Positions 53,145 through 64,000 of a stretch of 64,000 nucleotides of DNA are shown one piece after another (position 1 is the stretch's first letter; the number at the start of each line of letters is the position of its first letter). Below the pieces are notes generated by a model. That model searched no databases. It saw only the letters and a program-made list of their open reading frames with translations, and was not told the origin of the DNA. This DNA is from Callorhinchus milii. Taxonomy: Eukaryota. Location: positions 8,184,001 to 8,248,000 of the forward strand of contig NW_024704750.1 in assembly GCF_018977255.1 (NCBI RefSeq), given 5' to 3'. The position numbers and the translations under genes are program-made.

Positions 53145-53200
53145 CTGGCTAACTTGCTCACTCCTATAACTGTTCTGTTAGGTAAATAACCAATTGAAAC
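53145..53200 (-). CDS. GCH1: GCH1 exon 3 copy A (56 nt), candidate mutually exclusive exon
   Basis: ctcctcttttgcAG / AG|GTAACT; VSIGYLPNRTVIGVSKLAR; phase 0-2, joins exon 2 to exon 4 in frame. Confidence 0.82.
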
Positions 53201-56200
53201 CTGCAAAAGAGGAGACAGTTTCAAAGACAAAGAATCTTACGCTCACAAAGTGTAGTCATTACAGGCTTTGAAGACGATCCTTGCAATATAGCCGAGGAGA
53301 TGGACAAGTAGAATTATTATTGCTATAGCAATAATTTGAAAAAGAACCACTTGCTACCCATTTAATGCACTGCTTGTGCTACCCTCACCCATTTACTCCG
53401 ATCTTTTTGGACTGTAAGGTGGAATCAAACAGAGGCAGTTAAGACCAACTGGAAGGCAAACAGATTTTATGAATGAACTCAAAGGCTTGCTGAGAGCAGG
53501 AGATCAAAGAATTCTAAGATGCCCAAGAATATTCGTGGCCTGATGCAAACTGCGAGAACCAAAGTTCAGCAGATAAGACTAACTCTGCATTACATTTCTC
53601 AGATGAATTATGATCCTCTATTAGTTTACCGCCAATAGTATTTAGTTAACAGGAGCATAACAGAGCAATAACAAAAGTGGACAGATAAAATGTGCAACAT
53701 AAACCACACATACTCTAAACAGTCATTTATAACAGACAATATTGAGAACACTGCAAAGAAAGGAACAACAGTAATATGTCATTTTCTGTTTAAGCCTGGA
53801 CTGTTTAATTATTATTGCAATACTCCCACTTGAGCACATACTTCAAACAACCTGCACAGAGAAAAATCAAGGATAAGCTGGTTAAATGAACAGCAGGGTC
53901 ATGGGTTAAGACATTTAATTGACTGGACAATCCTCAATCTGCAGTCAGCATGAGAACACATTATTGCTTTTCAATCAAATTGTCAAAATAGGGAAGAAAA
54001 AATGAAGATGAAGATCCTGGCTACAGATTTTGGTGTTTAATAAAAGTAATCGTTTCAATCTCCAGCTGGGAGCATTGCAGTTTCAGATCCACCGTATGAA
54101 GTTAGAATACAAATTTGATATTCAATACAAATTTACATGGTGCCTTTCACATCGAGGACATCTTAAGGCGCTTAACAATACTGGCTTCGCATCCGAGGTA
54201 GGGGTAGGAGACGAGGGGTGTGGGGAGGGGGCAGATGAAAGAGGGTTGAAAATGAAATTAAAATATCAGACCACTCTGTCAAAACATCTCAAAGTGTTTC
54301 AAAAAGTGAAGGTTACTTTGAAGTCTAGTGACTGTAACTATTAGTTGAGCATTTAACCTACACAAACATCGACCTGAACAAATGTGAGATGAACAACTAA
54401 ACTGAATTGCCTTTTTTATGAATTTGGATGAAGGAGGAATACTAGCCAGGAAAACAGATTTAATTCCTTGCTCATTTTTGAAATAGTGCTACGGGAGCTT
54501 TTGACATTGACCTGAAACCCTTCCTCCTCTTTCCCACGAGAACAAGTAGAGATTGCTTTGCTTTAACATCTCATGCCAAAAGAACGTCATTCTAAAGGTT
54601 TAAATACATGGAGATTTGTGGAAACCCATATTATTTAAAAAGAGGGTTCTTCACTTCCTACTTTGGTTCCTCGCATTGTAGCCAGCTGAGAGAATTGAAA
54701 CCAACCTGTTCTCAAACAACTAACTAAGTGAGGTCCCACTGTCGCACCTCCAAGGGAATGTGGCTTAGTTATTAACTTCAAGTGGGGAACAGTTCATGAT
54801 CATGATGCTTCCTACAATTATCCATTATTTATTGCAATGCAGAACAGGAGCAATGTTGTTGCGGGAGGGGGTAAGATTTGTGCAAGCATATAAGGATTCA
54901 CAAGTGAATCCGAGCTAATTTCCCCACTCACAACAAATCAAAGGCCCCACCTGCAACAGACAGCGACATGCCTTTGGCAATGAAAGTCACATTTGGTTGG
55001 TGCCTTCCAGGCGATACCTGATCAGGTTGGGTAGGAAGAGCAAAGCACTGAAACATGAGCTGCGTCAGTGTGCTGGAGATGTCCTTCAGTGGATTCTGAT
55101 GCAGGGGCGTTGAATTTGGGTGTACAGCTTGCACAGACATTTGTTGTCATATAAAGACTATACTGCTGACATCCTAGATGCTTAGAGTCAAATTGATGGC
55201 ATTGCTCATTTTAGTTTCCCATCCGTGAACTCCTCACACATAGAATTGCTTATAACGATTACAGTGGAGAAGACAGCAGAGGGTGTCACAGCAAGGAATG
55301 ATGCAATTAACTCTACATGGCTCATTCACTCAGCAATGTTCTTTTGTAGGGTAGGGCAAGATGGCTTTGGTTAGGATTTGTGAACAATGAAATACGGAGA
55401 AACAAGACAAAACATCCGCCTGCAGAGTTCAAAGGGTTAAATATAATGAAACATGTAAGCTGTTCTTGCAGATTACTGATGTAATCTCCAGTGTAGCCAA
55501 GCTGCTGTCTACTGTGATCTGCTTTAATACGGTGACGACTGGCCCGAAGCATTTCTTGTGCTCTGCAAAGTGTTTTGAAATAAATGTCAGGAACGATTTG
55601 ATTAGTCAAGCTGCTGAAGGATAAATCTTTCCATCTCTCTTTTCTGAAATTCATGCTTTTACCTTCTTCTACTTTTGGAGCATAGGTTTGAGTCATGTCC
55701 TCTGAAGGGCTTGTTTTTAAATAGAGTAAGTTTCTACTGAAGCGCTTTGATGGTCCACAGGAACTTCTGACAACTCACTCGAGTGGCCATAAATCCCAGC
55801 TGAGCCTTAACACTGGTATCAATGGGTGGGGGAGGAGAGAGAGCAAATCACACTTCACCTCAATATTCTCCTCAATTACTCTCTATATCTGCTGTGGTTT
55901 GTCAGCTAGAAATCAGAAGCAGCAAACCTCCTTGACTGAAATCATCTTATTATTCAGCTGGGTCGCGAAACAGAACCTGGCAGCTCCTCAGTCTGCATTG
56001 GTTCAGCTATTCATGGCATAAACCCACTTGAATGAGGCCATATGTTTGCCACTAAATTAGCTGCACTTTGCAATGCAAGTTTGACGACATTGGATAACAC
56101 TTGCCATATGTCCTTTAGCCAGACTGCAATATACACAGTACAAAAAAAACCTATCCACACAATTTACGACCAGGTATTTACAAACCTGATGTTTTGTGTT

Positions 56201-56816
56201 AATTGTGACCAGTGGTTGATTGAGAATATCAGAAGCTATTTGATTTACAACATTTAGGAAAGGGTTAATTGTGAAGCCAAAAAGTGGGAAAGTGTGGCAA
56301 GCTGTGGTGGAATATGAACCACGGTCTTCAAAAGAAGATTTACCAGAGAAGGATTTCTGAGTGGAGAGGATGTCTCGCAATTCTTCAGTCTTGCTGATCA
56401 CCTCTGTCCACAGCTACAGGGGTGTTGAACAGTAAAACCCACCAACTTACTGTAGAAGTAAGTCAGCCTCACTGTACACGCAGTATATGGGTGTCTGTAC
56501 TGTACACTGTATCTGCTATATGCCATCCTTGTGTGAAATAATAAGATTTATTTACCTGTTTGGTAGAATGAGGTACACAATGAACATTTCAAGGGGATAA
56601 TTTTAAACACGGTCTGCAGAGTTTCTGGGATTGGGCCTTACATTTTTCATGGTCCCAGGCTTTAGATCATGGTCTTAAAATTTAAGACGCAAAATATGGA
56701 AGATTCTTAAATTTTGAAGTCAGTTTTGCACAATACCAATTTAGAACTGCAGAAAAACAGTTTGATTTAAGGACGGAACTAAGGACATCCAACTAAGGAC
56801 GGAATTTGAGAATTTA

Positions 56817-57270
56817 TTAATAATAATCCTTGCATTTGATGTAGCGCCCTATCATGTCAACAAAACGTCTCAAAGAGCTTCACAGGATTGCAATGTAAAG
56901 GGATTAACTGTGTATTTTGTGGACGAAATACGGCAGCTGGTTTACGCACTGTTCCACAAGCAGCCATGGGAGTGATTGACCAACTCCCAAAATTTCAAAA
57001 GTTTAAAGACCATGAGGAATTTCAGGTCTCAGAGCACATAGCTCAGGGTGAACAAAAAGCCCTTTATAAAATAATCCTTGCATATGATATAACACCTTGT
57101 CTATATTTCGCCCACAAAATATATAGTCAGTTCACTTTACAGTATATTCTGTGAAGCGTTTTGAGACATCTCGAAGACGCAATAAGGTGCTACCTCAAAT
57201 GCAAAGATTATTATTAGTATTGTCACGTCATTAAGGCTTCACAGAGTATATTGTAAAGTGAATTGACTGT
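56817..57270. mobile_element. Cluster of SINE 3' fragments in opposite orientations
   Basis: Minus copy at about 56817-56985, plus copy at about 57105-57217, short minus pieces at about 57070 and 57235. Confidence 0.8.
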
Positions 57271-57694
57271 CCTTCCAGATCCCATTGTTAGCCATGGTAG
57301 ACAGTATCCAGGATTGAATGGGAGAAGCTCCTTGTGACAGGATAGTTGGGAGAACAATCGGAACAAAAACAAGTGACAAAAAGTTATTAAAAAAAAGCTA
57401 AATGTATGAATGTATCAAATCAGCCACAATTCCAGAGTGGATGGGGAAGAGATACACTCTCCACTTAGGTGCATTTCCCTGCGTCCAATACGCTAGTTAA
57501 TTTGCAGATGCAAATATTTTATTTGGACAGAAGTCTGCAAAGAAATTGTACAAATCATGCTTTGTACAAATTTGTACAAATCATACAACATTCCTTTCAT
57601 ACCTGATCCCACCCCACAATTTGTGTTTTGTTCCTTATTATATAATGTGTCTTCGTTGCTCCATCCAGAAATATCTGAGAGATCTGGTTTAACA

Positions 57695-57770
57695 ACAACA
57701 AGATTACATTTGTGTAGCGCCTTTCACATCAGGATGACACCCCGAGGCGCTGGACAGAGTACAGCATTTT
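57695..57770 (-). mobile_element. About 76-nt L2-tail element with a long TSD
   Basis: Flanked by AGATCTGGTTTAACA (57680-57694) and AGATCTGGGTTTAACA (57771-57786). Confidence 0.8.
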
Positions 57771-57800
57771 AGATCTGGGTTTAACAGGTCTGTTGATTCA

Positions 57801-58037
<237 letters not shown>

Positions 58038-59447
58038 TCATACTGCTATTTTCCCCATTTCTAGAAGCACATTTTTCTCCTTATTCAATATCCAATACAG
58101 GCTTATTCAAAATCTGGTCATTCCGTTTACATTTACAATTCCAATGCAAACTAATCTCAGGTCTCTCTAGACGAGCAATACATTCAAATGCAGATACATT
58201 TGTTCCTGATGTGGTTCTGCAGAAAAGGACTGGGTTTATTTCCATGCAATAATAGTCCATCTGATTCTTTTCTTGCAGAAAATATATAATGGTCAAGAAA
58301 ATGATACGAAGGGGAAACTCAAAAACCACCATTCCTTCAGCAGTTTGACACAGGACCATTTCATTTTCTCTTAGATATATAAGACTTCTGCATTACATTT
58401 CCACTCCACACACGAAAAAAAGCTGCTGAAATGATCCGAATATATTAGATTCACTCCCTCATTTCTTAATGGGATTAGAATTACAAATTTCTTCAATATT
58501 TTGTAAAAGGAATATTTCCCAATGTTTAGCCCTCACAGGCATTGTGAAGCATCCCAGTTTAGGTGTAGTACACTGGCTCTTACATCAATAACTTAATTAG
58601 AAAGGATCATTGCGGTGAGGTGAAGAAAATAATTGTCTTATGTCAGTGATCGCCCTAAATTAATGTTATACTTTGACAAAGGCAGGAAAGATTATAAAAA
58701 GAGATATCCTTGATACAATTTACATTGATATAACACCTTCCATGTTGGGAGGACTTCTAAATTTAATGATACTAAATACTAAATAAGATCTGATGAAAAT
58801 TCCCAGCTCATTTGTATACTGTATAAACCACAGTATTGAAGTGACTTGTTGCAGTGTAGAAATCTAACACCAAAAATCTATCTATAGTGATCAACCAATT
58901 AAACAGTAAATAAATATGGTCAGTTAAAGACTGATCAGCAAAAGCATTATGAAAGCATTATGATTTTTTCCTGTTGTTAAACCTGTGAACAAGTTGAAAA
59001 CATAACCATCTGTTGCTCACTGTATCCAGCACTGCCGTGGGTTGTTAATTTCCTGTATGTAGTCAGCTATCTATGTCTGCAATCCTGGAAACTTTGAAGT
59101 GTCCATCATTCTTTGTTCCTAAAGCAAGGCTTAAAGCAATGTTTACTCTTGCTTTGTAGATGTTTGTTTCATATTTTACATTTTAAAATATCTCATTTAC
59201 ACAATGTTCCTTTTTACATGTCACATCAGCACTATATTTAAGAATTTATTTCACATTGTAATTGCGTTCTGATTTATTCTCTCCCTTCCCCCTCCCTCGA
59301 TATTTTGTATTTTTGAGCAATTAAAGCTCAGATGTAGATTTCAACACGGCCTACACTGTTTACACTGTAGCCTTTGTTGCTTCTTGTTATCTCAGTTTAA
59401 ATCAGTATTAACTTTGTTAACTGCAAGCTTCCTAATAGATGCGAGTG

Positions 59448-59824
59448 TAATAATAATAATCCTCTCATTTGATATAGCACTTCATCACGCTTTTGAGACG
59501 TCTCAAAACTCTTCACAGAATATAATGTAAAGCGAATTGATTATATATTTTTGTGGGCCAAACATGGCAGTCAATTGCGCACAGCAGTGTCCCACAAACA
59601 GTCGTGGATTGAGTGACCACATTTTTTTTAATTAACTTTTTTTTTAAGGGGATTATTACCCCTGGAAAAGCAATCCGCCAACAACTGGGTTCCTACTTAC
59701 TCCTAGGTAAACAGAGGCACGTGGAATAGGAAACTTACCCAATGTTTCGCCCTGTCTGGTAATCGAACCCAGGTCCTCTTGGTTGCGTTGCGAGTGCTCT
59801 AACCAAAACGCTGCAGGACTCCAC
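59448..59824 (-). mobile_element. tRNA-SINE, long subfamily
   Basis: Same head and tail plus an internal segment of about 60 nt (CCTCTGTTTACCTAG...GGATTGCTTT). Confidence 0.88.
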
Positions 59825-60162
59825 TGAACGTCATGTTACATATTAACCTTTGGCTTGAATTGCCCCAATTAGAATGTTGAATAAGAAGTTGAGAAGTAGA
59901 AATCATGAACTCTGCAGTCAGGTGTAACTAGAATACTTTTTACAGCATGACAAAAATCACACCAGGATTGATTTTCAGTCTTTGGCTTGCAACATTTGAC
60001 TTGACAAAGCGTTATCTGTTCTTTTCACTTTTCTTTGATGGTTTTATGAAAAAAAGAATTATCTGACCTTAATGAGAAGTAAAGGCTGGTTTCTTGAGAT
60101 TATATGTCTATGTTACTTGGTTTCAAATTTAGATATCTGCAATTTTTCATCCAAATAAAGAA

Positions 60163-60325
60163 ATAATTTGGTCACTCAATCCAGGACTGTTTGAGGAACA
60201 CCGTTGTGTGCAATTGGCTGCCACATTTCACCCACAAAATTCACTTAGACTATATTCTTTGAAGCGCTTTGAGACGTCTCGGAAACATGATAAGGCGCTA
60301 TATCAAATGCAAGGATCATTATTAT
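60163..60325 (+). mobile_element. SINE 3' half
   Basis: GGTCACTCAATCC...CAATTGGCTGCC...AAGGCGCTATATCAAATGCAAGG. Confidence 0.85.
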
Positions 60326-60639
60326 CTATTGACTCGTGAGCAAAACTGTAGATTCTGGTCTATGTCTGTGTGCTGCCAATGACTGATGAGCGTTAAAGGA
60401 CAATATCTAACGGCAACGTTAAACATCATATCTTCAGTGCCAGTTAGCATGGCGGAGTGGCAGCTGTTGCTGGGAAGATCTAACAGCTTCTGGGAAGTGT
60501 ACAGCGGCCTTTGATGTGCTGAATTTCAATCACATTCGGACACAACATGGGCACTGCTGACGACACTCAGATTGCGAGGAAATGATAAATCCCGAGTTAG
60601 TAGCCACTTCTCAGGAAGCTACAACCGCACAAACAATAT

Positions 60640-60653
60640 GTTGCTGCGGCAAC
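60640..60653. promoter_or_regulatory. Candidate RFX X-box in GCH1 intron 1
   Basis: GTTGCTGCGGCAAC fits GTNRCY(N)nRGYAAC and lies in a locally CpG-rich patch. Confidence 0.3.
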
Positions 60654-61570
60654 TGTCTGGGTTGCTCCGGTTGTCTCGCCACCTCGGTGATGGAAAGCTC
60701 CAATACAAATGATCATTGTGAAGACCTTATCAACAATGTTGTTTAATCGGGGAGAAGGGTGGGAGGAAACACAAATGAAAAGCTGATATTAAATGAACAC
60801 GTCACTGTGAAGAAGTAGATGTTGAAAGATAAAAATGATTTACTCCTTCATTGCCTGACAGTTTCATTGCACAACAAACATCCACCACCTGCTTTACATT
60901 CTCTGTTTCAGTGAAGCTGTGAGTGATCAAACACATCCATTAAGGAAACATTACTGCCTCACCACACAGTCCAAATACAAACCTTTACACTTGAGGTGAC
61001 AGATATTCAAGGTGTTTAATGATAGAACCACTAGCAAATTCATCTGGTCAGTAAACACCCTCCGTCCAGAGTGGGCCTTTATCAAGTTAATCACAGCAGG
61101 TTAAGCAGCCGCCCAAAGGTAGGAAAAGAACATGCGCTTCAACTACTTTAAAGCCTAAAACTATAATATAGATAAAGTGAAACTTATTTTCCATTTCCAT
61201 TACTGTTTTCCAATAAACACTATACAAGGTAGAGGCACACTTCATTAATTAAGAATCATGGTTCCAATTACTTTCGAATTACATTTTGCTGTCAAAATAT
61301 ACAGTCAATTCACCTTACAGTATATTTTATGAAGCTCTTTGCACGTCTCAATGACGTGAATGCAGGATTTTATATATTAGAGGTTCAGCTTTTTTTTTTG
61401 AAAGAACAGACTGTATTTGTTTTTAAATAGCAGACTACTGAATTTCAGCCACTTCTGATAAATCGGATTTCTACAAAACTGATCTTGCTCTTCAAAGGCA
61501 AGATTCACAGTGCAGATACAGACAACAGTTCTCTTCCCAGGGGGACGATGTGAAGAGGATGGAAGACTCA

Positions 61571-62165
61571 TAGAGTCCTGTAGCATATTGGTTAGAGCAC
61601 TTGCCTCTCAAGCGAGAGAATACAGGTTCAATTCCCAGACGCGGTGAAAACGTTGGTAAATTTTGTTACTCCGCACGCCTCTGTTTACCTAGCAGTAAGT
61701 AAGACCCGGTTGTTAGTTGATTGGCAGATTGCTTTATGGGAGTAATAATCCCATCAAAAAAAATTTTAAAAAATAATAATTTGGTCACTCAATCATAAGA
61801 AATGCTAGACGAAAAAAAAAACAATGTCCATCTAGTTCGCCTTCCTCTTTCCCAGCAATCACCTGCACATACGTCCCGAACTACCAATGTACTATATCCC
61901 ATAATGTTATTTCCTAAAAGAAAATGATCTAATCTGTGTTTGAAGGAATCAACATTTCCTGCTTCAACCATCTCCCTAGGGAGCCCATTCCACAGGTTTA
62001 CAGGTATACAATCCATGACAGTCTGTGGGACACTGCCATGCGCAAATAGCTACCATGCTATGCAGTCAGTTCACTTTACAGCATATTCCAGAAAGTGCTT
62101 TGAGCCATCTCAATGATATAAGGCGCTATATCAAATGCCAGGATTACTATAATATTATTATTATT
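61571..62165 (+). mobile_element. tRNA-SINE, long subfamily, interrupted by a CR1 insertion
   Basis: Head and internal segment at 61571-61794; tail resumes at 62014. Confidence 0.85.
61795..62008 (-). mobile_element. CR1 LINE 3' fragment nested in the SINE
   Basis: VNLWNGLPREMVEAGNVDSFKHRLDHFL is the CR1 ORF2 C-terminus; ends TTCTTATG; CAATC duplicated at both ends. Confidence 0.88.
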
Positions 62166-63114
62166 ATGGTATATGGTGGGGGACAGGGAGAAGGGAGGGA
62201 GAGAGAGAAAAGGGGGTAAATGCCCAGGACAGGCAGAAAAGGTTATTAAACACCGTTTTCCTAGTAAACATTTATTACAGAAGATATGAGTATATCCACC
62301 TTTGAGGTGCATTTATGCAAGCTGAACACTATAAGCGCATCCTAAACTGCTTCAAGGGAGTGGTATAGGTAGTTTTTAAAAGGACAAAAGCCTTATTACA
62401 ATGCCTCAGACGCAACCCAATACATTTTATAATAGTAATGATTGCACTTCATATCCGAAGATGGCCGTTCACACAATGTGAACACCTTGATGCGTGAATT
62501 TGTTTATAGGGTAGAAGCTGCTGCCCGCACTGCAACAACACTCTTTAGATAGCAAGCAGTGTAACCTGGTGTCAATGAATATCTAAGAAAACCAGACCAC
62601 TTTCTAACCACACTTGCAGAAACCGTAACCTCTGTAAAGTGATCTGCGATCTGCTATCACTGGCCATATTCTCCTTCTGGATCCACCCATCATCCCATAT
62701 AAATTCATCTGCTTACACATTTCTTATTCAGGAAATCGGGACAAGTAAAGCAGTCTCTAAGACCTGAGACAGTGTGTATATATCACAATAACATATATAA
62801 TATATTTACACACACACATATATTGGTGAAGTTAAGTATCCGCTTGACTGAATGGAGAACCACTGTAAGAATGCACAGTATCATTATAGTATCATTGCAA
62901 AAAAAAACAGAAATAGTAACATTGCAAAAGAAGGGTGTTTCCTGATCTTTCCCAACATCTTCTGATTCAAGTTTGTTTTGCCTCTTTGTGGCACAAATCG
63001 AGTATTACTCACAGTGTCTCATGGGTCCTTCACAAATTTAAGTTACAAAATCAAATCCAGGAAACCAAATCAGAATAAAAATTCCCCAAGATCACAATTA
63101 AATCTGAAGCCAAG

Positions 63115-63118
<4 letters not shown>

Positions 63119-63151
<33 letters not shown>
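63119..63151. repeat. (TA)n microsatellite
   Basis: About 16 perfect TA units. Confidence 0.95.
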
Positions 63152-63154
<3 letters not shown>

Positions 63155-64000
63155 GTAAGAATTGCTCTGACCTGGACAATTCCCTGTGACAAGCTTGTCT
63201 ACAAAATGTATAGTCACCACACTTTTATTCTAACTTCTGTAATCCTGTGAAGCCCTTTGAAACATTCTCCCATTGTGAAAGACACAGTATCAAATGTAAG
63301 GATTATTATTATTGTTATAAAAAGGCATTCATGTGTTAGTCAAGAATCCAAACAAAACCAAGTCATGTCAAATGGATCTTGTCAAAACAAAATGTACTCT
63401 ACCAAATTAAGCAGCCTTGCTAAATTGTGTTAGCGTGAGCTAACATCTTTCAGTTGTGCATCAACCACTTTGTACTTTTTGCTGCATGCCGTGCTGTTAC
63501 GAATGGGTGAGAGGCAGGTGACTCACAGAGTGCTTGTTGGACAGCAAACACTACACTCTAAGCAGCATCAGTAATGACACATTAGAGGCAACACATTAAA
63601 ATTATGCACCATAATGACCATAATTTTGCATACACAAATGTGAACATACACACCCCAAAATGAGCCATGTATGTAAATCCTCATTTGTATCTTACAGTAT
63701 TTGATTAAATCAGACGGAGTGGAGCATCTTATCTCCTAAAAACACATCAGTTTATTCTCCCCCACCCCCAGTGCAACAGCAGTTTGATGGGATCACATAT
63801 TTAAATTATAAATGCTCTTTGCATTTGATATGAAGTCTATAATATTGAAATATTTCAAAGGCAATTGCTGTAAAGTGGAGCGATTGTATATTTGTAGGAC
63901 AACCAATTTATGCACAAAAAGGTCCTCCAAACAGCCATGAAGTGAATAATCAATTGATCTAGAGCACTGTTGGGCAAGACAATGGGAGAAACTCGATTTG

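Noticed and set aside
55018-55047. Possible third GCH1 exon 3 copy (AG...FLPN...GT)
   Set aside because: Only 30 nt, no GY or SKLAR motif, and a weak donor (GTATCG); chance resemblance.

Overview
AT-rich vertebrate genomic DNA, most likely a cartilaginous fish (chimaera or shark); this is inferred from the repeats: DeuSINE/SacSINE1-type tails, a HER1-type CR1 tail and L2 LINEs. Two genes lie tail-to-tail, as on human 14q22. SAMD4A (Smaug1) is on the + strand, with 11 coding exons from 6905 to the TAG at 40771-40773 and a 3' UTR of about 3 kb; its 5' exons are outside the window. GCH1 (GTP cyclohydrolase I) is on the - strand, with exons 2-6 from 57937 to the TGA at 48500-48498; exon 1 is outside the window. 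All exon joins were checked by hand for GT-AG sites and reading frame. Exon numbers follow the human genes from memory. Main finding: GCH1 has two intact, diverged 56-nt copies of exon 3 (53145-53200 and 52398-52453). Including both, or skipping both, gives an immediate stop codon, which is the pattern of mutually exclusive exons swapping an active-site segment. Other observations: a duplicated 3' splice-site region plus an A-A'-A double hairpin before SAMD4A exon 12, a possible ~80-nt L2-tail mini-retroelement, SRE-like hairpins just after the SAMD4A stop, nested retroelements with target-site duplications (TSDs), a Tigger-like MITE and a G4-forming minisatellite. Most ORFs in the supplied track are spurious. 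Novelty cannot be confirmed without database searches.
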